DNA from: Cyanophora paradoxa CCMP329
Lineage: Eukaryota; Plantae; Glaucophyta
DNA: 64,000 bases
Assembly: GCA_004431415.1 (NCBI GenBank)
Contig: QPMI01000691.1
Coordinates: 3,110-67,109, forward strand
Direction: 5' to 3'
Part shown: positions 41,401 to 55,264 of the stretch, one piece after another
Position numbering within the stretch: position 1 is the stretch's first letter
Layout: each line of letters begins with the position of its first letter
Translations under genes and position numbers: made by a program
The notes under the pieces: generated by a model
Told to the model about the DNA's origin: nothing
Database searches by the model: none
Seen by the model: the letters and a program-made list of their open reading frames with translations, nothing else

Positions 41401-44400
41401 AAAAATCTCCCAAAGAATTCGGAGCCAGTAAGGAAGCTACCTCGTCGTGGCCGGTGAAGAACTAGAAGCCGTCTATCTAAGCTAGCAAAGAAGCCAAGGA
41501 GGGGGCGGACCTCGTCGGCGGCGGGGAGGAGGTCGAGGGCGGCGGAGAAGCTAGCTGTATAGAAGCCATATAACTAGAAGCCTTCTAGAATAAAATATCT
41601 AAACCATCTAGAACAGCCCCCAAAGAATTCGGAGCCAGCTAAGAAGCTAACTCGGACCTCGTCGTCGGCGGGGAGGAGGTCGAGGGCGGCGGCGAGGAGG
41701 TGCGCCTCGAGCATCTGCCGCGCCCCGGCCTCGCCCGCCCCCGGCGCCGCGTGCGCCAGCGCCAGGCACGCCAGCCCCGCCGCCGCCACGCCCTGCCCGC
41801 AGGTGAGAAGGCGAGTCGGCGAGGCTATATAGCTAGGATATTAGGACAGGATAGGCGGCGGTGGGCTAGGACAGGATGGCGTATATATCCTACGTCAGGC
41901 GGCGGCGGGGCTAGGATAGGAAACGCCGCTTGGATAGACTGTTGGGCGGAGCGGCGGCGTCCCCCTATCCTTAGGCCTCCCCGGGGCGAGAGGGGCGAGG
42001 GCGGCTGCGGGCACCTGGGCGCCCGAGGCGGCCTTGATCATCGTGTCCAGCAGCCCGCACTCGGCGAGCGCCGCCTGCCGAACCATAGCGTTAGAGAGCT
42101 CGAGGCGGACGGGGGGGCCCGGGAGCCTGCCTAGTTCGCGGCGCGGCGCACGGGCGCGCATTTTACTTTTACATGAAACGAAATCTTATGATAAGAGCTT
42201 ATCCAGAGCGCGCCTCGGCTCGGATCGGTTCCCCGGCTCGGCTAAAGAAAGAGAGAGAGAAAGCTTACAAGATCTTATTTAGAGCGCGCGGCTCGGCTAA
42301 GCTTCGCGGAGGGGCGGGGGCCGGGCGGGGTGGCGCACGGGGGCTTGGGGGGCCTGGGCGGCGTAGCCGAGGAGCTTGAGGACGCCGCGCCGCGCCTCCT
42401 CGAAAGGCGCAGCCTGCCCGAGCCGGGGGCGGAGGCGGGGCGGGCGAGTTAGCGAAGCTCAGGTAGGGCTCAAAGCTAGGAAAAAGCTAAGCGGGGAGCC
42501 TGCATGGCGGGAGGGGGTCGGGCGGACCTTGTAGAGGCGGGCGAGGTCGCCGAGCAGGGGCCCCTCCTGCGCCCCCGGGCCCCGCCCCTCAGCGGAGCGG
42601 GGCGGAGCGAACGAGGGAGGCGCCGGTCTTAGGCGCAAGCGAGAGAACGGGGCACGCCGCCGCTTCTAGAACGGGGGCACGCCTAGCGCCCCCGCCACAC
42701 CCCGCTTCGCGAAGCGAGGGAGGGAGGCGACGGTCTTTAGGGCGCCGCGCCCGAGACTCAGATCGCAGGCGCAAGCGGAGCGAGGGAGGCGCCGGTCTTA
42801 GGAGCTCCGCGCGCGGGTCCGCGCTCGAGCGATCTGAATCTAGATGAAGACCCCCGAGCGTGTGCCTGCGCCCTGCCCCGCCCCGCCCCGCCCCGGCGCG
42901 GCGCGGGGCGCTCACCAGGAGGGCGCGCTGGCAGGCGGGGTTGCGCCGGGCGAGGCGGCAGAGCGCCAGGAGGGCCGCCGAGCGCGCCTCGGGGGGCAGC
43001 GGCGCCGGCCCCGCCGAGCCGGACGCCGTCCCCGCCAGCAGCGGCACCGCCCCCTGCCGTCCACCCGGGCGCGTCAGCTCACTTCTTCTATGAAGCGCTG
43101 AAGCGAGCCGAGAGGTTTCTCGGCGCCTGAAGAACATGCTTTATGAGAAGCTGAGATGAGCTCATATGAGAAGCTCCGTGAGCTCGCGTCGGCGTCCGAT
43201 AAGTTCTTCGATCTCATGGCGTATTTAAAGGGCGCACGGCGGCGCGGGCGGCGTCCTGGAAGCCGGCGTCCCCCTCCGCCAGCGCCGCGATCGTCCGCCC
43301 CGCCTGCGCGCCACGCCCGGTCAGCCGTGGAGGGGAGGGCTGGGCGGGGATCGTCGAGAATAGAGGCGGGGCGGGGCGGGGCGCCCGAGGCGAGAGAGCA
43401 GGCGGGCTTGGACTATCGGTGAGGTGGGGAGGGGCGGGGCGGGGCGGGGCATGGCCCGGGCGGATCGTCGAGAAGAGAGGCGAGGCGGCGGAGGCGAGCG
43501 AGCCGGCGGGCTTGGACTTAGGCTTGGACTAATTACGAGGGGCGGGCGGGCGGGCGCCTAGCCGGGAGGGGGGAGGCGAGCGGGCTTGAAGCGCGGACTG
43601 TCGGTTCGGCTCAGACGGCTCGGACGGACCTGGGCGGCGATGGCGGGGCCGCCGGAGCGGACTGCGTCGAGGAGGGCCCGCACCACCTGCGGCCGCACGC
43701 GGGTGATCATGATTACGAGCCGCTCCCTCGCACGACGAGAAGCAAGCGCGAGTCTGCGATAGAGGGGCCGACCTGCGGGTCGCGCAGGCGGGCGGGGGGC
43801 GCCGTGCCCCGCCGCCGGATCTCCTCCAGTCCCCGCATCGCCTCCAGCCGGGCCTGCCGGGGCCCGGAGTGAGCGCGCAATGTAAGGCTTAGAGGGCTCG
43901 AAGCTTATAAATAAAAATAAGAGTAATTAAGAGTAAGGTAGAAGCTTATAATCAAGAGTAAGAGTACTTAGAGAGGCCTGCCATGGCCAGAGTAAGCTAT
44001 GCGTACGCTCAGGGCACATATAATTAGGCTTAGAGGGCTCGAAGGCCCTAATCGACGGCGGGCGCACGACGAAGGTGTCGCCGGTGAGGTCCCGTATGCA
44101 CGCCTTCACCTCGTCCGTCTCCACCCGCCGCTGCGAATGCCCGCCGCCTTAGTGACCAGAAAAGTCGAGGAAGGAAGAAGCGAAGGGGGGGGAGCGGAGG
44201 AGGAAACTTCGTACCCGGATGGCGCGGGAGGCCTGGAAGCGCTCGAAGGCCTCCTCGACGCCCCCGCGGAAGAAGGCGTCGAACTCCAGCTGCGAGATCT
44301 GCGTAGCCCCGGTGGGTGGGCGGGCGGGTACCGGAACCGGAGGTCTAGGTCGGCGCCCCGAGGCGGGAGCTATGGGGCGTGGGGGGAAGGGGGGGCGGAT

Positions 44401-45919
44401 CTTGACGCCCGAGAGGGGGTGGGGGGGGTTGAAGGGGGGGTACCGGACCTTGCCGTCGCCGGAGCGGTCGAGGGCGGCGAGGAGGGCGGCCAGCGGCTCC
44501 GGGTCCCGCCAGAGCCCCAGGCGCGTCCCGTAGTCCTCCAGGAACCTGTCGGGGGGAGAGGGGAGGGGGGGCGAGGGCGAATCAGAGCGAGCGAGGGCAA
44601 GCTATAAGGCTTACAGCCCCCCGAGCGCTGTCTCGGCGGGCGCAGGGCGGTATAGATAAGAAGACAGAGCTCAGGCGGGAAGGCAGGAGACGGGAGGCTT
44701 AGATAAGAGAGCAGGAGAGAGGGAGGGAGGGGCGGCGGCGGGCGACGGGGGGACGGGGGGCGGGGGAGGAGGTGGGGGGGGGGGGGGGGTGTTCAGATTG
44801 GCCGGGGGAGGGGTAGCAAAAGACGGAGCTAAGGCGGGGAGGAGCGCATAGCCTAAAGAAGTAGTATTGCTCTAGCCTAGTCTGATCTGTTCTGATCTGA
44901 TCTGATCTGATCTAGTCTGATCTAATCTAAGGGGCGCGCACGACTCGCGGAAGATGCCGACGTCGACCGCGATGGCCTGCTTGAACCTGAGGCAAGGAGG
45001 GTCGGCGAGGGGTGGGCGGCGCGTGGGGCGGGGAGGGGCGGGGGCGGGTGGGGGCGCGGGGGGGGGGGGGGGGGGGGGGGGGGGGGCGCGTGGGGAGCGC
45101 GGGGAGGCGGAGGCGGAGCGAGACGGAGTGGGTACGGGGCGGATGGGATCGCACCGGCGGAACCAGAACTGCTTCGCCTCGGATCCCTGCGCGGGTGAAC
45201 GGGTCAGACGCGGGGCGAAGGACGAGGGGCGTCCCCGCGCGCGGGCGGGCGCGGGCGCGGGCGGGCCTGGATGTTGACGTGCTTGCAGGCGGCCAGGATC
45301 TCGTTGCCCGTCTCCGCGATCAGCGCGATCGAGTGGCTTCGCGGGCGGGCGCGCGGGCGGGCGCGTCAGGGCGGCCGGGCGCGCGCGGGCGCGGCGCCGC
45401 GCGGCGGCGGTGCGGCGGCCGGAGCGAGGGACCTGCCTGTCAATCACGCGCAGGACCGCATCGAGTTGCTGCGGGCGGGCACGCAGGGCGCTGTGAGCGG
45501 GGGCGCGAGCATTTGGATGCGTGCATGCGCACCTCGTCCAGAGAGTTCGCCTCGAGAAACTGCATGAACCTACGGCCGCGGCGGCCAGCCGGTCAGCATG
45601 AACGCGCGAGCCCGGAGCGACGCGTCGAGGTCTGCAGCGGCTGCGGCGCACTTGTGCTTGCGCCCGAACTTCTGCCCCAGCTCCACCGCTCGCTCGAACG
45701 CGTCCCTGCGCGACGCGACCGGCGCCTGAGCGGCGGCGCGGCTGCTGCGGCGGATCCGAAGGCGCCGCACTTGAGAGCCGAGAGCGCCCCGAGCTGCTTC
45801 CCCTCGTAGTTCAGGCTCGCGAGGCCGGCGATGGTCGGCTCGAGCTGCCGCGCCCGCCCGAGGACCTCCGCGCACTTCCCGGACGCCTCCTGCATCGTCT
45901 CGTACTGCGCTTTCACCAT
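38496..45919 (-). CDS. Host multi-exon protein with EF-hand and armadillo/HEAT-like repeats (exon structure approximate)
   Basis: Exons include LDRSGDGK/ISQLEFDAFF (EF-hand), GAVPLL...AALLALCRLARRNPACQRAL, ECGLLDTMI and AAGGVRFLV. Confidence 0.55.
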
Positions 45920-47004
45920 CTTGCGGCGGGACGCCCGTAAGCGGATCGTCGCACGAAGCAGGGGCGCCGGCGGACCTGCACAACGCCCAGCAGAGCCTTG
46001 GCGACGCTGAGGATCGGCATCGCTACCGCCGCTTGCTGTCCCTGCTCTCTCGTCTGGTCCTCCTAGGCCAGGCCTGCGTCTACCTGCGAACTGCTCGGCC
46101 TATTCGACGCTGCGCTGCTGTACGGAGCAAGGGAGAGCGTGGAAAGCGCAAAGACGCTTCGCGGCGAGAGAGCAAAACAGACCAGGCGCGGCCGGCCGCG
46201 CCTCGAAACCGAAGCGCCGCCGTGCAACCTGTACCCCCCGGACCCGATCAAATTTGCGTGCCGCAGTCGACGTCCTAGGCGCAGCGGCGCGGTACCGGTA
46301 CACTACTTAGTACTGCATCCTCGCATGCGCAGCCTGCAGCTAGGCTAGCACTTGCTAGCGCTGCAGCCGCGGCCGGCGCCGGCCTGCGCGCCGGCCCCAG
46401 CGCCGGCGCGGCGCGCGCGCGCGGGGCTCATGATCATGATCAGCGCGCGGCTGCAGCTGCGCGTGCACAGCTCCAGCTGTAGCTGGCAGCGGCCGGTCCC
46501 CACTGGGCCAGTCCCCGGCCATCGATATCCAGTCCCCGACCCAGCCCACCTAATCATAAGCCTGGATTCGGGGGCCCAGAGCCCTCGGGCCTCGCATTTG
46601 CAGGGAGCTCGAGCCTGCCCAGGCCTAGGCCCGGCCCTGATCATGAAGCGGCACAATATCTATTTCTGAAAAACGATCGTGTAAGATATTGCGAAGACGG
46701 CGACAGAAAATGCGAAAAGTGAATGAGAGAAGAATCACATCCGTATACCTCGCAGAATAATATACATACGCATTAACTAGCTGCTTAACATGTACATGTG
46801 CAGCTGCAGCATCCGAATCCACATTGCACTAGCTAGGCAAATCTTCGAGATACTCTGAATTACTAGAGGAAGGGAGAGCAGGGGATTAAGCGAGCGTAAT
46901 AAATATTTCAAGAGCAGAATCGACGCCACGCAGGCTGCTGGCTCCAGCGAGAGGGCCGCTCCCGCCGCCGCCGCCACCGCCTCCTCCTCCTCCTCCTCCC
47001 TTGC

Positions 47005-50000
47005 TCATCTGCCCCCTCCGACCCCGGCCCCGACGCCGACCCCGCCGCCGCAGTCGGGCTCCGGATCCGGGACGACCCGATGGACGCCCCGCTTGGAGAA
47101 GCTGGGGAGGCCGACGAGGCTGCGCCACGTCTGCGGCGAGGGCGGCTGCTCCGCCCACAGCGCCGCGATGCCCGCCTCCACCCGCTGCACAAAGATTCGA
47201 TCCAGATCAAATTCGAAATTCGCGATCAAATTTGTACGCACGCGGACGCGGGGGTGGTCCTCGGGAAAAGCGTGCGGGAACTTGGAGCGGTACGAGGCCA
47301 GCGCCGCCTCGAGGAGCGGAAGGGCCGCCCTCGGCTTGCCTGCCCGATTCGCGTTCGCGCACGTGAGCGGAAACGCGAAGGAGCGCGCGTGGGAATCGAA
47401 ACATATATCTTAAGGTCCTAAGCTCAAGCAACGGCACGCGAGCGGCGATCGGAGTCGGAGTCGGGGGCGCACCGGCGGCACGGAGGGCCTCGGCGCGGCG
47501 CACGAGCACGTGGGCCAGCATCGGCGTCCGCTCCTCCGGGTCCGCCATCTGTCCCCGTACCCCTGTCAGTTCGAAATAGGGGGGTACGAGGCCGCGCCTT
47601 CGCACGCACCTTGGTGACCATTATGACGACGGCGTGGATGCGGGCGCGCACCGCCGGCTTCGTCCTCGCCAGCGCCGACGCCACCTGCGAGCGAGGGCGC
47701 AGCAAAGCTCAGCTCAGATCAGATCAGATCAGATCAGATCAGATCTGGTCTGATCTGATCTAGACCCCGATAGTTCCAAAATCAATCAGCGGGCACCAGT
47801 CGAGGTCGGGGAGGGCGGGGTCGTCCAGGGACGCCAGCAACCGAAGCGCCTCCAGTCGGATCTTGCGCGCCGCCAGCAGCCGCCCTGCCCGGCCCGGCCC
47901 CCGCGGCGCCCGTCGGCGCCCGTCGGCCTCCTAGGAGGCAAGGAGGGGGGCACGCGGGGGGTACCGGCGACGAGGAGGTCCATGGCGTGGACGTGGAGGA
48001 TGCGGGCCAGCAGGGGCCTGCGCGACAGCGGATCAAATGTTTGAATTCGATGGGAGAAGGGGGGGTACACGAACTCGTGGCCGGGCCCGAGGCGGCGGGC
48101 GACCTCGACGGCGCGCGTGGAGAGGGCGATGGATCCCTCTGCGTCCAGCGCCGTCCGGCACGCCCCCACTGGGGGCGGAAGGGTTCGACTCCGGGTCGGG
48201 CGGGATAACGTTAAACCAAAGATTGGGCGCGTACCCTGGGAGTGGAGGACGAGGAACTGCGATACCCCGGCCTCGACGCTGTCCCCCGCCAGTACGTACG
48301 ACTTCTCCGTGACGTAGAACCCCATCTTCACCCGCCCGATCGAGTCTGCAGGCGGCGTCGGATGTAGCTGTACGGGGGGGGAGGGAGGGAAGGGGGGTAC
48401 ACTGGAGGTCGGCGAGGGCGGGTATGAGCGCCGCCTCCATCGGCGAGGGCGTCATCTGCCGCTTCACCAGCTCCGACCACGCCTGCCGGGGTACACGCTC
48501 GATCCGGGCGCACAGGCTCCGACGACGAAGGGCGAGGGCAGGGGTACAGGCCGACCTCGAAGTAGAATCCTATGGCCTCCTCCTTCTTCTCGAACTGTGG
48601 CCGATCGCGACGGCGTCGTCACCAGCGGGAACGGGGGTACGCCGCCATCTGTCAAGCTTGCAGAAAAGCGTACCCTGTCTAGCGCGGACGCGTGGAAGAG
48701 GATGGCCTTCGGGCGTAGCGGCCCCTCGGACCCCGCGTGCTCGTTCGCCAGCTGCAGTACCCTCCCCAGGAGCTGCGCGGCGACTGTGGCCGATCGCGAC
48801 GGCGTCGTCACCAGCGGGAACGGGGGTACGCCGCCATCTGTCAAGCTTGCAGAAAAGCGTACCCTGTCTAGCGCGGACGCGTGGAAGAGGATGGCCTTCG
48901 GGCGTAGCGGCCCCTCGGACCCCGCGTGCTCGTTCGCCAGCTGCAGTACCCTCCCCAGGAGCTGCGCGGCGGGCTCGTTTGGGCGGGTAGGGAGGGGTGT
49001 GTTCAGGAGGGGGGTACGGTGCGCACGCGAGACGTGAGCTCGCAGTCGAGAGCGAAGAGATCCTCGCTGGCGCGCGGCATCTCAACGGTACCCGCCTGGG
49101 GGGTGGGGGGGGTACGGTTTCGGCGGGAATCTGGGGGGTGGGTTGGAATGGAAGGGGCTACCAGGAGGAGCGCGGTAGCGCTGTCGACCAGGAGCTCGGC
49201 CTCCTCGACGGAGAGGGGCGCCTGGCCGGCCCGCTGCAGCGCGCTCGCCAGCGCCGCCAGCGTACCCCGGGCCTGCGCGATCGCAAGGGCCGTCAGGAGC
49301 GGGGGGATGGAGTCGGGGGGGGTACGCTTACGAGGCCGGGGTTGTGGGAGGCGCGGAGGGCGGCGAGGGCGCGGCGCACGGCCATTCGGCCCGCGATCGT
49401 TTGGAACAGGCTCGAGTTCAGCAGGCGCGCGTCCGAGAGGGCCTGGGGCGGGGGGCGAGGGGGTTAGCCGGTGAAGGGGGGGGGGCTTGGGGGGGGGGTA
49501 CCAGGGCGAGCTGGTCGGCGAGGAGTTTGCGGCCCGCGGTCGCGCCCCTCAGCGCCTCGGTTAGGCTGAGGACGCTCGTGACCAGCGCCTCGCCCTGCGG
49601 GCCCCCCGGCAGCCGGTACGGCGGGTCGCTCTGCGCAGGATCCGAGTCGGAGGAGTCGAGGGGTGGAGGCGTGGGGAGTACGATGGATTCCGCGCACCGG
49701 CTGGCGGAAGAGAGGTCCCACGACGGGGGCCGAGTGAGGAGCGGCGGGCGCGGGGCCGCGGGGCTCGGTCTCCGGCTCGGCCAGCTTGGAGCCGACCGCG
49801 GCTGCATCCAAGTCCGAATCGGCCTCCTCTCCCGAGGACGCGACCAGGTCGCCCGCCGCGCGTCCCGCCGAGGTGATGAAATCTGCGCCCTCGCTCGAGC
49901 TCGCTCGTCCGGCGCGCGGCGGGGCGCTGGCCCGAGCGACGCGCAAGCTGACGAACGAACCGTTATCCCACTCCCACGAGCCGCGCTCCCACGCCTCTAT

Positions 50001-50108
50001 GGCCCGCTTCTTGTCCGCGTCCACGAGCCAGCTGGTCACCTGTGGCCGCGGCGGCGCCGGCGCCCACTGCGCGGGCTGAGAGAAGGTGCTCGCTGCCGGC
50101 AGTTGCAT
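47005..50108 (-). CDS. Host multi-exon protein of unknown function
   Basis: Series of GC3-rich exons with GT-AG introns (e.g. KMGFYVTEKSYVLAGDSVEAGVSQFLVLHSQG). Boundaries are uncertain. Confidence 0.4.
48594..48971. repeat. Exact 189-bp tandem duplication (63 codons)
   Basis: 48594-48782 repeated at 48783-48971. Confidence 0.95.
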
Positions 50109-50875
50109 GTCTGACGCTCCCCTCGGGAGCGCTTTCAGTCGCAAGTTGGGAAGTGCCGCGCGGCCGCGGGCCCCGCGCGTTCACGCCGCGCGGGGGCGCG
50201 TTGGAAAAGGGCCCAGCAATGCCGCAGCTTTTCAGCTACACGCCTCGCCTGCTCCGGGATCCCGCTTTCGACTTCGGGTGCCGCCAGCAGGGCCGGGGTG
50301 CAACTGCTGATGACTTCCCCCACTGCAGCTGCTGCGCTCAGTAGCTACTGCCCCACTGCAGCCCCCGCCGCGTTGAGGTGGAGCCCGCAGCTAGCAAGCA
50401 AAGGCGCGCTATACTATGATAGCGCTTTCGAGGGCGGCTCAGCGGCTCAGCGGCTGCGCGGCCTGCCGGCGTGCTCGTGCTCCCGGAGTCCCAGGCAGAA
50501 CGCGGCTAACTGCTGCTTCAAGGCTAAAACTGCAGCAGCTGGCATGCGCAGCCTCTGCATGCAACGGCAGCCCTAGCCTACTACCGGTAGGCTAGCCCTA
50601 GTAGTAGGCCCAGAAGCCTAGCCGCAGTGCTGCCGCACTGACTGCCTCTGCATCATGATCGACCTCGAGGATGCCGGTCGCTCCCTCCCACGTGCGCTCG
50701 CGGCCCCGAAGATGAAGTGCCGGTACCCCTCGCGCGGTACGTTCCGCCGGTACAGTGCACACCGGTACTACGGTACTTGTAATGAAATTTTCCAGCGCTA
50801 GCCCTGCAGCTGCCAGACTGCTGGCCTGCCGCCGGCCGGGCTGCCGGCCGCGGGCCGCGGCGGGCGTGGCGGGCG

Positions 50876-53800
50876 TCACATGCCGGGGTCGGAGCGGGCG
50901 TACGCCTGGGGGAAGACGTAGTAGAATATGTTGGCGTAGCGAAAGAGGGAGAGGCAGGCCATCGCGCCGCACGCCGCGAAGAGGCAGCAAAGCAGCGCCG
51001 CGCGCTCCCGCAGCAGGCGCCACGCCGGGCCGAAGGCCAGCCGCTCCCGCAGGGACGGGAAGGCGGCCCCGGCGGCCGCTAGGGCCGCCACCACCGCCGC
51101 GTGCACCCCCGCCGTGATTCCCGCGAACTGAAGCGCAAGGGTGCAGTCCTGCGATGCATCGAGTCACGATCAGATCAGCGACGGCCGCTTCACATTCGAG
51201 GCCCTAGGCTCGCCTCTGCGGGGAAGACGGAAGGGTCGAAGGGCCATATGTGGCTCGCTGGCCCCCACCGGGCCACGCTGCGCATGCGGGGATCGCGTCA
51301 GCGGGGCGAGAAAGGGAAGGGTTCCAAGGTTGAGCTAAAGCGGGCGCGCGCCTCAGAGCGACAGCGAAAACGAGGCAGCTGGTCCAGGCGACGACCGCCT
51401 GCAGCAGGATCACCGCCCTGCTCCTCGCTCAGGTGAGCTCAGGTGATCATGAGCGGGCGCGGGGGCGGGGGCCCGGCTGACCGGACGCCCTTCTGGAGCG
51501 AGTAGAGCTCCCGATCCTCGGCGGAGGCATACCCCCCCGCGCGGACACGGTCCGAGCCGGTGGGGAACAGAGGCGGGCCGGGCGTGCCGGGGCCGGGGCC
51601 GGGACCCGTACCCCCTCCGGGGCCGTACACCATAACCACGCGGACGCTGCCCGCGCCCGGACCGCTGGCGCCGCCGGCGGAGGGCCGGGGTCCCAGTACG
51701 GGCGAGGGCGCCAGCGGGCGAGGGCCGTCGCGCCCGAGCTCGAGCGATCGCGAGAGCTCGCCGGCCGAGCGGAGCAGGGGCCGGGGGGAGCAGCCGGCGC
51801 CGGCGAGGCCCGCGGAGAGAGATGGGCCCGAGGTCGAGCGCGGCGCGAGCGGCGAGGCGTCTTCTCCGTACGGCCCTAGGCCTAGGCCTAGGCCTCCCGC
51901 GCCGGCGCCGCCGACGGACCGCCGCCGGACGACCGGCGGCGTCGCCCGCGGCTGCGGCTGCTGAACGAGGACGGCGCTCGGGCTGAGAGGCTGCAGCTCG
52001 CCCGACGCCGGCGCCGGCGGGCTCGCGATCGACTGCGCCGAAAGGGTGGGTGAGCAGGGCCGGGGTGGGAGAGGGGGAGGCGAGGGTAGGGCGCCCACCG
52101 AAAGCCCCGGGGACGAGGTGAGGCGCCGCCAGCCGCGGGGCCCGGGCCCGGGCCCCAGGCCCAGCCCCATGGGCGAGCCCGGCGAGAGCTTACCCCCCGC
52201 CCCCTCGCGATCGCGATCGGGATCGCGATCGCCCCCGCCCCCCGGGGCCGGCACGAGCCACGAGAGGCGCCCCTTCGCGATCGCCGCGAGGTACCTGTAC
52301 ATAAAATTAGCATCGGTGCGGAATCTGTTCGGAATCAGCATCTACCCGCGCTTTAGCGCAGTGGTATAAGGTCGTGCTACGACCTCCCGGATTCCCGGGT
52401 TCGGTACCTGCTGTTTCCGCTACGTTGTACTTCGAATCCTTGTGATTCCCGATACCGTGACTTGTATCCTCGTTGTGTACTACGAGTGGGCACGCCCACC
52501 GTAGATCTTTAAAAAAAATCTATATAAAAAAATATAATATATCTATATAATCTTTGGAATCTATATAAATTAGCATCGGCGCGGAATCTTTGAGATCTAG
52601 CAGGGCCTCACCGCATGCGGGCGAGGGCGGGGCGCCCGAGGCGGTCGACGAGCATGGAGGCGGGGAAGAGCAGCGAGGCCAGCTCGAAGGCCTGTACGAG
52701 AGCTTCTGTGAGCCTCGCGGGGTTGTAAGAGTTGATGTAGATAAGGGGCGTCCGCACGAGGGAGACGACGTAGACGATGGGGCTCTTGACCTGCGAGCGG
52801 GCGCCGGCGGAGCAAGCCTCGAGAAGTCAGGCGGACGGCGGACGGCGCAGCGGCGCCGGCGGGCGGCGGGGCGGGGCGCGGCTCGCCTGGAAGTAGCAGA
52901 GCTGGCGGAAGATGCGCTGGTTCAGCCTGCGCGCGCGCGGTCCGACGGTCCGCCCCGTGAGCTCGAGGCGAGCCGTCGGACCCGGCCGGCGGTCCGCAAA
53001 ATGTAGCGCACAGGTTGCCGAGGATATGAAGGTCTAGCTCAGAACTTATGATTAGAGAGCTTAGCTGAGCCATAGCTGTAAGCTGTATATGTAGCTTAAG
53101 AGCTAGTTATAAAAGAGGGGCGGGCGCACAGGTTGCCGAGGATGTAGAGGACGACGGCGTCGCCGTGGGGCATCACGTCGTACATCTCCCGCCCGTAGTA
53201 CCGCACCTGCGGGGGAGGGGGTACAGGCTCGGCGGAGGGAAGAGAGAGGGGGTAGGGGGACGGGATTGGGGGTTGGAAGGGGGGCGGGGAAGGGAAGGGA
53301 GAAAAGACAGACCTGTAACCACAGAATCGCGAGGGAGAGGAAAGTCGCGGCGAAGTTTATCGCAATCTGGCGGTACGGGTTCGGTTCGGGGAGGGAGGGG
53401 GGGAGATAAAGGGAGGGGCCAAAGTCGCCAGCGCGCCTGGCCGAGCGGCGACTTGACGAGCTACGAGCCGAGTTCAGAATGGGGAGGGGGGAGGGGGGGG
53501 GAGGAGGGGGGGCGGAAGAGGGGCGGGGGGGGGGGGGGGAGGGCGAGGGGGAAGTGGGCACGCACGCCGAACATGAAAAGGTACCTGCGGGGACGGTACG
53601 TGAGATCTAGAGGGGAGGGGTAACGCTAAGGAGCAGGGGGGGGGGGGCGCACAGGAGGGGTAGCTGGTCGAGGGCGTGCTTGGCCCGCGCGTACCGGTTC
53701 CAGAGGCGGGGGATACCCCTCTCGTCGAACTTGGGGGTTAGGGGCGGCTCCGGCGACGTGGGGAGGTCGACCGCGACCAGCAGGCCGGAGGCGGAGGCGG

Positions 53801-55264
53801 GCGCCGCGGCCCGGGGCGCGGGGTCCGAGGGGTGCGCCCGCGCCCGCCGCCTCCGCAGGAAGGCGGCGTGCACGCGCGTGTTGACCTGCGAACGAAGCGC
53901 CCTTCAGGGCCCGGCCAGCAGCTATTCCAATCATGATGTATATCCGCCCGGTCCGGACTCGAACCTGCATCGCGACGATGGCGCAGCCGACCCCCACGAC
54001 GTAACCGAACGGCAGCGTGCTCACTGAGCGAGTGGGTCGCCGAGGTCAGCGGGGGCTCCAGGCCAGGGCACGCCGGGGCTGATTTGTTCTAGATCCAAAT
54101 TCAAGACGAAGAGGCGGCGCGCACTGTCGACGCCGGCGTTTACGATCGCGAAGAGGGCGGTGGACAGGCCGGCGTAGACGAGGACCCAGGAGGGCATCAG
54201 GGCGAAGACGGGCACCTGCGAACGAAGCTAAGTCAGTGAAATTTGAAATTTTGAATTTGAATTTGAATTTGGATTTGAATCAGTGAAAAATTATATGAAG
54301 CTGGCGGGACTCGCGCGCGCGCGCCTCCGAGGTGACGGAGAACCAGACGCCGGCGTTGGTCCCCACGCCGGCCGTGACGAGGAAGACGAAGAGGGAGGCG
54401 CGGGCCACGTGGCTGCGTTTGAACGTTGCGTTAGCTTAAGCTTCTTCTCCCAGGCGCGCGGCTCTGATCTGGTCTAGAAGAGAGCGCGCGCCTTCGGATC
54501 TCGTCGAACGGGATCGCGAATATGGGCACGATGGCGGCGACGGGCCCGGCCATGATGAGGAGCAGGGCGGCGAGGTTGCGCCAGCCCTGCCGCGCTGCCG
54601 CCGGCGCGGCGGCCGCCGCCGCGCGCACCGTCCGCGCGGGCGTCGAGAGGGCCTCGCGGAGGTAGGCCCGGGCCTCCAGGGCGAGAAGGGCGGCGCGGGT
54701 CCGCAGCGCGCCGCCGCCCTGGCTCGCGCTGCCCAGCGAGGCGCGCGAGTCCGGGACTCGGAGGGACACGCCGAAGGAGCGTCCGGAGGCGGCGGCGCCG
54801 GCGGCGGCGGCGGCGGCGGCGGTGCAGGAGGAGGAGGCGGCGGAGAGGGAGGAGAGGCGCCGGGCGCCGGCGGCCTCTTCATCGCCCGCGGCCGGGGGCG
54901 GCTCCAGCGGCTCGTCCTCGAGCTCCGCCGGGTCGGGCAGCACCAGCCGCACGCGGCTCGAGCCGTGCAGCTGCAGCGCGGCGGCCGGCGCCGCCGCTGC
55001 AGCTAGCGCTGGCGGGCATGCGGCGTTCAGCGGGGGCGGGGCGGGCCGCGGCGGGGCGTCGTCGCCGTCGTCCATGTCCTCTAGTTCGGCCTCCCCCGCG
55101 GCCGCCAGCGCCAGCCCTGGCGCCGGCGGGTCCTCCCGAAAGCTCTGGAGTGCGAGCGCCGGCGTCTGCAGCTGGCCGCCATCCGCCGCGCCCACGGTGG
55201 TCGCGGCCGCGGGAACCATTTGCATATACTCCGCGAAGCCTAGCAGCGGTGCAATGCACGCCAA
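50876..55264 (-). CDS. Host multi-exon multi-pass membrane protein, paralogue A
   Basis: Many hydrophobic exons; MYDVMPHGDAVVLY, FELASLLFPASML, and C-terminus ...NIFYYVFPQAY. Confidence 0.6.
52340..52506 (+). mobile_element. Small intronic insertion, tRNA-derived SINE-like or Helitron-type non-autonomous element
   Basis: A-box-like TAGCGCAGTGG, B-box-like GGTTCGGTACC, a 3-prime hairpin GTGGGC-AC-GCCCAC, ATCTAC/GTAGAT termini and a following A-run. Confidence 0.35.
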
